Shown here: piece by piece, positions 51,146 through 64,000 of the stretch
Layout of the letters: each line of letters begins with the position of its first letter
Position numbering within the stretch: position 1 is the stretch's first letter
NCBI GenBank assembly: GCA_032718475.1
Contig: JAUCBJ010004707.1
Location: 44,961 to 108,960, forward strand
Origin: Nemertoderma westbladi
Taxonomy: Eukaryota; Animalia; Xenacoelomorpha
Direction of reading: 5' to 3'
DNA length: 64,000 nt
Notes under the pieces: generated by a model
Told to the model about the DNA's origin: nothing
The model's database searches: none
Seen by the model: the letters and a program-made list of their open reading frames with translations, nothing else
Program-made: the position numbers and the translations under genes

Positions 51146-54100
51146 GTACCATCACCGGTACATTATTTTACTACTATATTACTATATAACAGAGGTACCA
51201 TCACCGGTACATTATTTTACTACTATATAACAGAGGTACCATCACCGGTACCTTATTTTACTTCTATATACAGTGGTTCCCCTGCCTGTACATTATTTTA
51301 CTGTTATATACAGTGGTTCCCCCGCCTGTACATTATTATAATGTTATATACAGTGGTTCCCCTGCCTGTACATTATTTTACTGTTATATACAGTGGTTCC
51401 CCCGCATGTACATTATTTTACTGTTATATACAGTGGTTCCCCCGTCTGTACATTGTTTTACTGTTATATACAGTGGTTCCCCCGCCTGTACATTATTTTA
51501 CTGTTATATACAGTGGTTCCCCCGCCTGTACATTATTTTACTGTTATATACAGTGGTTCCCCCGCCTGTACATTATTTTACTGTTATATACAGTGGCTCC
51601 CCCGCCTGTACATTATTTTACTGTTATATACAGTGGTTCCCCCGCCTGTACATTATTTTACTGTTATATACAGTGGTTCCCCCGCCTGTACATTATTTTA
51701 CTGTTATATACAGTGGTTCCCCAGCCTGTACATTATTTTACTGTTATATACAGTGGTTCCCCCGCCTGTACATTATTTTACTGTTATATACAGTGGTTCC
51801 CCCGCCTGTACATTATTTTACTGTTATATACAGTGGTTCCCCCGCCTGTACATTATTTTACTGTTATATACAGTGGTTCCCCCGCCTGTACATTATTTTA
51901 CTGTTATATACAGTGGTTCCCTCGCCTTTACATTATTTTATTGTTATATACAGTGGTTCCCCCGCCTGTACATTATTTTACTGTTATATACAGTGGTTCC
52001 CCCGCCTGTACATTATTTTACTGGTATATACAGTGGTTCCCCCGCCTGTACATTGTTTTACTGTTATATACAGTGGTTCCCCAGCCTGTACATTATTTTA
52101 CTGTTATATACAGTGGTTCCCCCGCATGTACATTATTTTACTGTTATATACAGTGGTTCCCCCGCCTGTACATTATTTTACTGTTATATACAGTGGTACC
52201 CCGCCTGTACATTATTTTACTGTTATATACAGTGGTTTCCCCGCCTATACATTATTTTACTGTTATATACATTGGTTCCCCCGCCTGTACATTATTTTAC
52301 TGTTATATACAGTGGTACCCCGCCTGTACATTATTTTACTGTTATATACAGTTGTTCCCCCGCCTGTACATTATTTTACTGTTATATACAGTGGTTTCCC
52401 CGCCTGTACATTATTTTACTGTTATATACAGTGGTTTCCCCGCCTATACATTATTTTACTGTTATATACATTGGTTCCCCCGCCTGCACATTATTTTACT
52501 GTTATATACAGTGGTACCCCGCCTGTACATTATTTTACTGTTATATACAGTGGTTCCCCCGCCTGTACATTATTTTACTGTTATATACAGTGGTTTCCCC
52601 GCCTGTACATTATTTTACTGTTATATACAGTGGTTCCCCTGCCTGTACATTGTTTTACTGTTATATACAGTGGTTCCCCTGCCTGTACATTATTTTACTG
52701 TTATATACAGTGGTTCCCCCGCCTGTACATTATTTTACTGTTATATACAGTGGTTCCCCCGCCTGTACATTATTTTACTGTTATATACAGTGGTTCCCCC
52801 GCCTGTACATTATTTTACTGTTATATACAGTGGTTCCCCTGCCTGTACATTATTTTACTGTTATATACAGTGGTTCCCCCGCCTGTACATTATTTTACTG
52901 TTATATACAGTGGTTCCCCCGCATGTACATTATTTTACTGTTATATACAGTGGTTCCCCCGCATGTACATTATTTTACTGTTATATACAGTGGTTCCCCC
53001 GCATGTACATTATTTTACTGTTATATACAGTGGTTCCCCCGCCTGTACATTATTTTACTGTTATATACAGTGGTACCCCGCCTGTACATTATTTTACTGT
53101 TATATACAGTGGTTTCCCCGCCTATACATTATTTTACTGTTATATACATTGGTTCCCCCGCCTGTACATTATTTTACTGTTATATACAGTGGTTCCTCCG
53201 CCTGTACATTATTTTACTGTTATATACAGTGGTTCCCCCGCATGTACATTATTTTACTGTTATATACAGTGGTTCCCCCGCCTGTACATTATTTTACTGT
53301 TATATACAGTGGTACCCCGCCTGTACATTATTTTACTGTTATATACAGTGGTTTCCCCGCCTATACATTATTTTACTGTTATATACATTGGTTCCCCCGC
53401 CTGTACATTATTTTACTGTTATATACAGTGGTACCCCGCCTGTACATTATTTTACTGTTATATACAGTGGTTTCCCCGTCTATACATTATTTTACTGTTA
53501 TATACATTGGTTCCCCCGCCTGTACATTATTTTACTGTTATATACAGTGGTACCCCGCCTGTACATTATTTTACTGTTATATACAGTGGTTCCCCCGCCT
53601 GTACATTATTTTACTGTTATATACAGTGGTTTCCCCGCCTGTACATTATTTTACTGTTATATACAGTGGTTTCCCCGCCTATACATTATTTTACTGTTAT
53701 ATACATTGGTTCCCCCGCCTGTACATTATTTTACTGTTATATACAGTGGTACCCCGCCTGTACATTATTTTACTGTTATATACAGTGGTTCCCCCGCCTG
53801 TACATTATTTTACTGTTATATACAGTGGTTTCCCCGCCTGTACATTATTTTACTGTTATATACAGTGGTTCCCCTGCCTGTACATTGTTTTACTGTTATA
53901 TACAGTGGTTCCCCTGCCTGTACATTATTTTACTGTTATATACAGTGGTTCCCCCTCCTGTACATTATTTTACTGTTATATACAGTGGTACCCCGCCTGT
54001 ACATTATTTTACTGTTATATACAGTGGTTTCCCCGCCTATACATTATTTTACTGTTATATACATTGGTTCCCCCGCCTGTACATTATTTTACTGTTATAT

Positions 54101-57100
54101 ACAGTGGTTCCCCCGCCTGTACATTATTTTACTGTTATATACAGTGGTTCCCCCGCCTGTACATTATTATAATGTTATATACAGTGGTTCCCCTGCCTGT
54201 ACATTATTTTACTGTTATATACAGTGGTTCCCCCGCATGTACATTATTTTACTGTTATATACAGTGGTTCCCCCGTCTGTACATTGTTTTACTGTTATAT
54301 ACAGTGGTTCCCCCGCCTGTACATTATTTTACTGTTATATACAGTGGTTCCCCCGCCTGTACATTATTTTACTGTTATATACAGTGGTTCCCCCGCCTGT
54401 ACATTATTTTACTGTTATATACAGTGGCTCCCCCGCCTGTACATTATTTTACTGTTATATACAGTGGTTCCCCCGCCTGTACATTATTTTACTGTTATAT
54501 ACAGTGGTTCCCCCGCCTGTACATTATTTTACTGTTATATACAGTGGTTCCCCAGCCTGTACATTATTTTACTGTTATATACAGTGGTTCCCCCGCCTGT
54601 ACATTATTTTACTGTTATATACAGTGGTTCCCCCGCCTGTACATTATTTTACTGTTATATACAGTGGTTCCCCCGCCTGTACATTATTTTACTGTTATAT
54701 ACAGTGGTTCCCCCGCCTGTACATTATTTTACTGTTATATACAGTGGTTCCCTCGCCTTTACATTATTTTATTGTTATATACAGTGGTTCCCCCGCCTGT
54801 ACATTATTTTACTGTTATATACAGTGGTTCCCCCGCCTGTACATTATTTTACTGGTATATACAGTGGTTCCCCCGCCTGTACATTGTTTTACTGTTATAT
54901 ACAGTGGTTCCCCAGCCTGTACATTATTTTACTGTTATATACAGTGGTTCCCCCGCATGTACATTATTTTACTGTTATATACAGTGGTTCCCCCGCCTGT
55001 ACATTATTTTACTGTTATATACAGTGGTACCCCGCCTGTACATTATTTTACTGTTATATACAGTGGTTTCCCCGCCTATACATTATTTTACTGTTATATA
55101 CATTGGTTCCCCCGCCTGTACATTATTTTACTGTTATATACAGTGGTACCCCGCCTGTACATTATTTTACTGTTATATACAGTTGTTCCCCCGCCTGTAC
55201 ATTATTTTACTGTTATATACAGTGGTTTCCCCGCCTGTACATTATTTTACTGTTATATACAGTGGTTTCCCCGCCTATACATTATTTTACTGTTATATAC
55301 ATTGGTTCCCCCGCCTGCACATTATTTTACTGTTATATACAGTGGTACCCCGCCTGTACATTATTTTACTGTTATATACAGTGGTTCCCCCGCCTGTACA
55401 TTATTTTACTGTTATATACAGTGGTTTCCCCGCCTGTACATTATTTTACTGTTATATACAGTGGTTCCCCTGCCTGTACATTGTTTTACTGTTATATACA
55501 GTGGTTCCCCTGCCTGTACATTATTTTACTGTTATATACAGTGGTTCCCCCGCCTGTACATTATTTTACTGTTATATACAGTGGTTCCCCCGCCTGTACA
55601 TTATTTTACTGTTATATACAGTGGTTCCCCCGCCTGTACATTATTTTACTGTTATATACAGTGGTTCCCCTGCCTGTACATTATTTTACTGTTATATACA
55701 GTGGTTCCCCCGCCTGTACATTATTTTACTGTTATATACAGTGGTTCCCCCGCATGTACATTATTTTACTGTTATATACAGTGGTTCCCCCGCATGTACA
55801 TTATTTTACTGTTATATACAGTGGTTCCCCCGCATGTACATTATTTTACTGTTATATACAGTGGTTCCCCCGCCTGTACATTATTTTACTGTTATATACA
55901 GTGGTACCCCGCCTGTACATTATTTTACTGTTATATACAGTGGTTTCCCCGCCTATACATTATTTTACTGTTATATACATTGGTTCCCCCGCCTGTACAT
56001 TATTTTACTGTTATATACAGTGGTTCCTCCGCCTGTACATTATTTTACTGTTATATACAGTGGTTCCCCCGCATGTACATTATTTTACTGTTATATACAG
56101 TGGTTCCCCCGCCTGTACATTATTTTACTGTTATATACAGTGGTACCCCGCCTGTACATTATTTTACTGTTATATACAGTGGTTTCCCCGCCTATACATT
56201 ATTTTACTGTTATATACATTGGTTCCCCCGCCTGTACATTATTTTACTGTTATATACAGTGGTACCCCGCCTGTACATTATTTTACTGTTATATACAGTG
56301 GTTTCCCCGTCTATACATTATTTTACTGTTATATACATTGGTTCCCCCGCCTGTACATTATTTTACTGTTATATACAGTGGTACCCCGCCTGTACATTAT
56401 TTTACTGTTATATACAGTGGTTCCCCCGCCTGTACATTATTTTACTGTTATATACAGTGGTTTCCCCGCCTGTACATTATTTTACTGTTATATACAGTGG
56501 TTTCCCCGCCTATACATTATTTTACTGTTATATACATTGGTTCCCCCGCCTGTACATTATTTTACTGTTATATACAGTGGTACCCCGCCTGTACATTATT
56601 TTACTGTTATATACAGTGGTTCCCCCGCCTGTACATTATTTTACTGTTATATACAGTGGTTTCCCCGCCTGTACATTATTTTACTGTTATATACAGTGGT
56701 TCCCCTGCCTGTACATTGTTTTACTGTTATATACAGTGGTTCCCCTGCCTGTACATTATTTTACTGTTATATACAGTGGTTCCCCCTCCTGTACATTATT
56801 TTACTGTTATATACAGTGGTACCCCGCCTGTACATTATTTTACTGTTATATACAGTGGTTTCCCCGCCTATACATTATTTTACTGTTATATACATTGGTT
56901 CCCCCGCCTGTACATTATTTTACTGTTATATACAGTGGTACCCCGCCTGTACATTATTTTACTGTTATATACAGTGGTTTCCCCGTCTATACATTATTTT
57001 ACTGTTATATACATTGGTTCCCCCGCCTGTACATTATTTTACTGTTATATACAGTGGTACCCCGCCTGTACATTATTTTACTGTTATATACAGTGGTTCC

Positions 57101-57690
57101 CCCGCCTGTACATTATTTTACTGTTATATACAGTGGTTTCCCCGCCTGTACATTATTTTACTGTTATATACAGTGGTTTCCCCGCCTATACATTATTTTA
57201 CTGTTATATACATTGGTTCCCCCGCCTGTACATTATTTTACTGTTATATACAGTGGTTCCCCCGCCTGTACATTATTTTACTGTTATATACAGTGGTTCC
57301 CCCGCCTGTACATTATTTTACTGTTATATACATTGGTTCCCCCGCCTGTACATTATTTTACTGGTATATACAGTGGTTCCCCCGCCTGTACATTATTTTA
57401 CTGTTATATACAGTGGTTCCCCCGCCTGTACATTATTTTACTGTTATATACAGTGGTTTCCCCGCCTGTACATTATTTTACTGTTATATACAGTGGTTCC
57501 CCTGCCTGTACATTGTTTTACTGTTATATACAGTGGTTCCCCTGCCTGTACATTATTTTACTGTTATATACAGTGGTTCCCCCTCCTGTACATTATTTTA
57601 CTGTTATATACAGTGGTTCCCCCGCCTGTACATTATTTTACTGTTATATACAGTGGTTCCCCCGCCTGTACATTATTTTACTGTTATATA
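51146..57690 (+). repeat. 40-bp satellite (~160 copies); unit CATTATTTTACTGTTATATACAGTGGTTCCCCCGCCTGTA, with 39-bp variants
   Basis: Tandem repeat with diverged units at 51146-51260. It ends 20 nt before the AG (57711-57712) of exon 14. Confidence 0.99.
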
Positions 57691-57712
57691 ACCTTTTTTT
57701 ATATTTATTCAG

Positions 57713-57892
57713 GGAACATTTGATTATAATGCACGTCGACGCGACAGAAGAAGTCTTTACTCTCCAATCAAACTTCGATCTGTTCATAAGTAAATGTACG
57801 GAAGTTTTGAGAACGAGATTTCCTACTGGCCGTTGTCAAATGTCTCACTACATCAGGAAGGATGCCCGGGTAGTGAGACATCTACTTCAAGA
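57713..57892 (+). CDS. Cadherin exon 14, probable membrane-proximal non-cadherin region (EHLIIMHVDATEEVF...RKDARVVRHLLQ)
   Basis: tttattcag acceptor in phase with exon 13 and an open frame. The 3' end assumes the GA|GTTAGT donor and is less certain because no downstream exon was found. Confidence 0.7.
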
Positions 57893-58299
57893 GTTAGTCA
57901 TATTTACTGTAAAGTAAAGTAAAGGGACATAGTGATACACGAAAGGGCCGACCTGAGACTCTAATTAGAGCCTGACAACGCAATTAGCAACTTGTCTAAA
58001 TGCAGTGTTTGTTGGTATGGTATTAATTTATGATTAGGTCCAGTTATACTGTCACATCTAGAGCATAAACATAAACGCCCTACCCCATAACCACTCTAAA
58101 GGAATTTAAAAGCCCACATCGAATAAATTTAGTAGATACTGTATAGTTGTTACGGTATGGCCTGGCGATATATGATTATTATTTAAGAATTTAAATAGTG
58201 ATAATAAACGATATTGTACAGCACTTTGTGAGAAATAAAACGCAGAGTCCCGGTTCAGTTTCCATTAGATCCACATCATACGGCCCAACCGACAACTGC

Positions 58300-59305
58300 A
58301 CCTTCTTGTGTTTGTCCGCCCATACAGGGATGACGCAATATTTTGGCACAGCGTAGGGATTTCCGCAGGTACAGTAGACCAAACGCTACGCAGGGTTACT
58401 TATTTCATTTACGCCGTACGACTCGTGTCCAATATAAGTTTGCGGTGCGAACAGTAAAAAAGGATCAATTGTTAGAGGCCTGTGTTTCTGGTTACAGTTC
58501 CTGTAACATGAATTAAATGATAAATCTATTTTTTCTGTCAAATGTTATTGATGATGAAACTACAGAGGATGGTATAATGACCACACCTGAATTAGTTACT
58601 ACGGCCATCCACAAATTAAAACCGGCAAAGTCTGATGTTCAAGCTGAGTTGAATTCGGATTGCCTTTATTATCGCTGCTGGGAGCCAATTGTCAATACAT
58701 TTGGCTAATTTGTTTAATTATTTTTTGTTACATGGTTAAGTCCCAGAGTACTTATTAAAAGCAGCGTTCATACCATTAATAATTAAGGATAAACTATAGG
58801 CAATATTGCACTTTCAACAAACTACAGAGCTATTGCTATTTAATCTCTTATTGTTAACATTTTTGAGTGGGTTTTGATACTAACACAGTAAGGGGTTGTA
58901 AATTTTGATGAATTACAATTTGGTTTTCAGTGCAACCTAGTACCATTCTGTAATTAATGCATTAATTTAATGTATTGATGCGAAGTTGGGCTGCTAAATA
59001 AACTCTTTTCGGCTGCTTGTTAAATGTGTCAAAAGATTTTGATCTTGTTAAATGTAAAAGCCTATTTCTAGAATTGCTCAAAAAAGGGTTCTCACCACTA
59101 TTTTTACGTACGCTCATCTGGACATATAAGCATCAATCTAATTTTGTTAACTAGGGCTATTCTGCCTCCGAATCTTTCAATTTATTTAATGGTGTTAGAC
59201 GAGGCAATATTACCTCCCCAGCGCTTTTTAGTATTATTGTAAATAATTTAATTGAACGTATATGTATGTCGGGAGTTGGGTGTTATATTGGTTCACATTG
59301 TTTTA
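58300..59305 (+). mobile_element. Decayed non-LTR retrotransposon (LINE) ORF2 / reverse transcriptase fragment
   Basis: Stop- and frameshift-interrupted peptides AIFWHSV, LRRTTRVQYKFAVR, AIHKLKPAKSD, NYRAIAI, DELQFGF, SKDFDLV, NGVRRGNITSPALF and SGVGCYIG occur in RT order. Truncated before YADD. Confidence 0.85.
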
Positions 59306-59391
59306 TTGTTAAATCTTATATAATGTACGATAATAATAACAATAATAATAATAATATTAGTAATGTCTAAGGAAGTAGGACCAGAACAAGT

Positions 59392-62300
59392 TTAAAAGTA
59401 TCGCCTTTAACCCAACAATTAAAAGTCTCGCCTTTAACCCAACAATTAAAAGTCTCGCCTTTAACTCAACAATTAAAAGTCTCGCCTTTAACTCAACAAT
59501 TAAAAGTCTCGCCTTTAACCCAACAATTAAAAGTTTTCGCCTTTAACCCAACAATTAAAAGTCTCGCCTTTAACCCAACAATTAAAAGTCTCGCCTTTAA
59601 CTCAACAATTAAAAGTCTCGCCTTTAACCCAACAATTAAAAGTTTTCGCCTTTAACCCAACAATTAAAAGTCTCGCCTTTAACTCAACAATTAAAAGTCT
59701 CGCCTTTAACCCAACAATTAAAAGTCTCGCCTTTAACTCAACAATTAAAAGTCTCGCCTTTAACCCAACAATTAAAAGTCTCGCCTTTAACCCAACAATT
59801 AAAAGTCTCGCCTTTAACTCAACAATTAAAAGTCTCGCCTTTAACCCAACAATTAAAAGTTTTCGCCTTTAACCCAACAATTAAAAGTCTCGCCTTTAAC
59901 CCAAATTAAAAGTATCGCCTTTAACCCAACAATTAAAAGTCTCGCCTTTAACCCAACAATTAAAAGTCTCGCCTTTAACTAACAATTAAAAGTCTCGCCT
60001 TTAACCCAACAATTAAAAGTCTCGCCTTTAACTCAACAATTAAAAGTCTCGCCTTTAACCCAACAATTAAAAGTCTCGCCTTTAACCCAACAATTAAAAG
60101 TCTCGCCTTTAACTCAACAATTAAAAGTCTCGCCTTTAACCCAACAATTAAAAGTTTTCGCCTTTAACCCAACAATTAAAAGTCTCGCCTTTAACCCAAA
60201 TTAAAAGTCTCGCCTTTAACCCAACAATTAAAAGTCTCGCCTTTAACCCAACAATTAAAAGTCTCGCCTTTAACCCAACAATTAAAAGTCTCGCCTTTAA
60301 CCCAACAATTAAAAGTCTCGCCTTTAACCCAACAATTAAAAGTCTCGCCTTTAACCCAACAATTAAAAGTCTCGCCTTTAACCCAACAATTAAAAGTCTC
60401 GCCTTTAACCCAACAATTAAAAGTCTCGCCTTTAACCCAACAATTAAAAGTCTCGCCTTTAACTCAACAATTAAAAGTCTCGCCTTTAACTCAACAATTA
60501 AAAGTCTCGCCTTTAACTCAACAATTAAAAGTCTCGCCTTTAACCCAACAATTAAAAGTCTCGCCTTTAACCCAACAATTAAAAGTCTCGCCTTTAACCC
60601 AACAATTAAAAGTCTCGCCTTTAACTCAACAATTAAAAGTCTCGCCTTTAACTCAACAATTAAAAGTCTCGCCTTTAACCCAACAATTAAAAGTCTCGCC
60701 TTTAACTCAACAATTAAAAGTCTCGCCTTTAACCCAACAATTAAAAGTCTCGCCTTTAACCCAACAATTAAAAGTCTCGCCTTTAACCCAACAATTAAAA
60801 GTCTCGCCTTTAACCCAACAATTAAAAGTTTTCGCCTTTAACCCAACAATTAAAAGTCTCGCCTTTAACCCAAATTAAAAGTCTCGCCTTTAACCCAACA
60901 ATTAAAAGTCTCGCCTTTAACCCAACAATTAAAAGTCTCGCCTTTAACCCAACAATTAAAAGTCTCGCCTTTAACCCAACAATTAAAAGTCTCGCCTTTA
61001 ACCCAACAATTAAAAGTCTCGCCTTTAACCCAACAATTAAAAGTCTCGCCTTTAACCCAACAATTAAAAGTCTCGCCTTTAACTCAACAATTAAAAGTCT
61101 CGCCTTTAACTCAACAATTAAAAGTCTCGCCTTTAACTCAACAATTAAAAGTCTCGCCTTTAACTCAACAATTAAAAGTCTCGCCTTTAACCCAACAATT
61201 AAAAGTCTCGCCTTTAACTCAACAATTAAAAGTCTCGCCTTTAACCCAACAATTAAAAGTCTCGCCTTTAACTCAACAATTAAAAGTCTCGCCTTTAACT
61301 CAACAATTAAAAGTCTCGCCTTTAACTCAACAATTAAAAGTCTCGCCTTTAACCCAACAATTAAAAGTCTCGCCTTTAACTCAACAATTAAAAGTCTCGC
61401 CTTTAACTCAACAATTAAAAGTCTCGCCTTTAACCCAACAATTAAAAGTCTCGCCTTTAACCCAACAATTAAAAGTCTCGCCTTTAACTCAACAATTAAA
61501 AGTCTCGCCTTTAACTCAACAATTAAAAGTCTCGCCTTTAACTCAACAATTAAAAGTCTCGCCTTTAACTCAACAATTAAAAGTCTCGCCTTTAACCCAA
61601 CAATTAAAAGTCTCGCCTTTAACTCAACAATTAAAAGTCTCGCCTTTAACCCAACAATTAAAAGTCTCGCCTTTAACTCAACAATTAAAAGTCTCGCCTT
61701 TAACTCAACAATTAAAAGTCTCGCCTTTAACTCAACAATTAAAAGTCTCGCCTTTAACCCAACAATTAAAAGTCTCGCCTTTAACTCAACAATTAAAAGT
61801 CTCGCCTTTAACCCAACAATTAAAAGTCTCGCCTTTAACCCAACAATTAAAAGTCTCGCCTTTAACCCAACAATTAAAAGTCTCGCCTTTAACCCAACAA
61901 TTAAAAGTTTTCGCCTTTAACCCAACAATTAAAAGTCTCGCCTTTAACCCAAATTAAAAGTCTCGCCTTTAACCCAACAATTAAAAGTCTCGCCTTTAAC
62001 CCAACAATTAAAAGTCTCGCCTTTAACCCAACAATTAAAAGTCTCGCCTTTAACCCAACAATTAAAAGTCTCGCCTTTAACCCAACAATTAAAAGTCTCG
62101 CCTTTAACCCAACAATTAAAAGTCTCGCCTTTAACCCAACAATTAAAAGTCTCGCCTTTAACTCAACAATTAAAAGTCTCGCCTTTAACTCAACAATTAA
62201 AAGTCTCGCCTTTAACTCAACAATTAAAAGTCTCGCCTTTAACTCAACAATTAAAAGTCTCGCCTTTAACCCAACAATTAAAAGTCTCGCCTTTAACTCA

Positions 62301-64000
62301 ACAATTAAAAGTCTCGCCTTTAACCCAACAATTAAAAGTCTCGCCTTTAACTCAACAATTAAAAGTCTCGCCTTTAACTCAACAATTAAAAGTCTCGCCT
62401 TTAACTCAACAATTAAAAGTCTCGCCTTTAACCCAACAATTAAAAGTCTCGCCTTTAACTCAACAATTAAAAGTCTCGCCTTTAACTCAACAATTAAAAG
62501 TCTCGCCTTTAACCCAACAATTAAAAGTCTCGCCTTTAACCCAACAATTAAAAGTCTCGCCTTTAACTCAACAATTAAAAGTCTCGCCTTTAACCCAACA
62601 ATTAAAAGTTTTCGCCTTTAACCCAACAATTAAAAGTCTCGCCTTTAACCCAAATTAAAAGTCTCGCCTTTAACCCAACAATTAAAAGTCTCGCCTTTAA
62701 CCCAACAATTAAAAGTCTCGCCTTTAACCCAACAATTAAAAGTCTCGCCTTTAACCCAACAATTAAAAGTCTCGCCTTTAACCCAACAATTAAAAGTCTC
62801 GCCTTTAACCCAACAATTAAAAGTCTCGCCTTTAACCCAACAATTAAAAGTCTCGCCTTTAACCCAACAATTAAAAGTCTCGCCTTTAACCCAACAATTA
62901 AAAGTCTCGCCTTTAACTCAACAATTAAAAGTCTCGCCTTTAACTCAACAATTAAAAGTCTCGCCTTTAACTCAACAATTAAAAGTCTCGCCTTTAACCC
63001 AACAATTAAAAGTCTCGCCTTTAACCCAACAATTAAAAGTCTCGCCTTTAACCCAACAATTAAAAGTCTCGCCTTTAACTCAACAATTAAAAGTCTCGCC
63101 TTTAACTCAACAATTAAAAGTCTCGCCTTTAACCCAACAATTAAAAGTCTCGCCTTTAACTCAACAATTAAAAGTCTCGCCTTTAACCCAACAATTAAAA
63201 GTCTCGCCTTTAACCCAACAATTAAAAGTCTCGCCTTTAACCCAACAATTAAAAGTCTCGCCTTTAACCCAACAATTAAAAGTTTTCGCCTTTAACCCAA
63301 CAATTAAAAGTCTCGCCTTTAACCCAAATTAAAAGTCTCGCCTTTAACCCAACAATTAAAAGTCTCGCCTTTAACCCAACAATTAAAAGTCTCGCCTTTA
63401 ACCCAACAATTAAAAGTCTCGCCTTTAACCCAACAATTAAAAGTCTCGCCTTTAACCCAACAATTAAAAGTCTCGCCTTTAACCCAACAATTAAAAGTCT
63501 CGCCTTTAACCCAACAATTAAAAGTCTCGCCTTTAACTCAACAATTAAAAGTCTCGCCTTTAACCGAACAATTAAAAGTTTTCGCCTTTAACCCAACAAT
63601 TAAAAGTCTCGCCTTTAACCCAAATTAAAAGTCTCGCCTTTAACCCAACAATTAAAAGTCTCGCCTTTAACCCAACAATTAAAAGTCTCGCCTTTAACTC
63701 AACAATTAAAAGTCTCGCCTTTAACCCAACAATTAAAAGTCTCGCCTTTAACCCAACAATTAAAAGTCTCGCCTTTAACCCAACAATTAAAAGTCTCGCC
63801 TTTAACTCAACAATTAAAAGTCTCGCCTTTAACCGAACAATTAAAAGTTTTCGCCTTTAACCCAACAATTAAAAGTCTCGCCTTTAACCCAAATTAAAAG
63901 TCTCGCCTTTAACCCAACAATTAAAAGTCTCGCCTTTAACCCAACAATTAAAAGTCTCGCCTTTAACTCAACAATTAAAAGTCTCGCCTTTAACCCAACA
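59392..64000. repeat. 27-bp satellite (~170 copies, open at right edge); unit AATTAAAAGTCTCGCCTTTAACCCAAC
   Basis: Tandem repeat with CCC/CTC, TCTC/TTTT and short-deletion variants. Confidence 0.99.

Noticed and set aside
51092-57917. Giant 1026-2174 aa ORFs as stand-alone genes
   Set aside because: All three frames are open because the 40-bp unit lacks stops. Indels switch frames freely and the starts are non-ATG. Only the 57713-57892 part is a credible exon.
1-64000. CRISPR arrays
   Set aside because: Repeats are head-to-tail with no unique spacers, there are no cas genes, and the context is spliceosomal eukaryotic DNA.

Overview
AT-rich animal (invertebrate-like) genomic DNA, about 80% tandem repeat. 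The unique sequence holds 14 consecutive + strand exons (21394-57892, 2285 nt, ~761 codons) that splice in one open frame into part of a multi-repeat cadherin ectodomain; the gene starts before and ends after this window. Five large satellite arrays (41, 63, 68, 40 and 27 bp units) lie in its introns. The 41-bp array (>=21 kb) is an amplified intron|exon acceptor junction whose last copy is the real exon start. The 68-bp array (16.6 kb) is an amplified exon|intron donor junction whose first copy is the real exon end. The 40-bp array carries ~160 acceptor-like sites, is almost stop-free on the + strand and ends about 20 nt before an acceptor. Also present: a complete two-exon PhyH-family Fe(II)/2OG dioxygenase gene nested antisense in a cadherin intron, a foldback DNA element with an 8-bp target duplication, a palindromic MITE, a tRNA-derived SINE fused to the 63-bp array, and a decayed LINE. 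Nearly all ORFs in the supplied track are repeat artefacts. All coordinates and translations were read by eye; copy numbers are array length divided by unit length.
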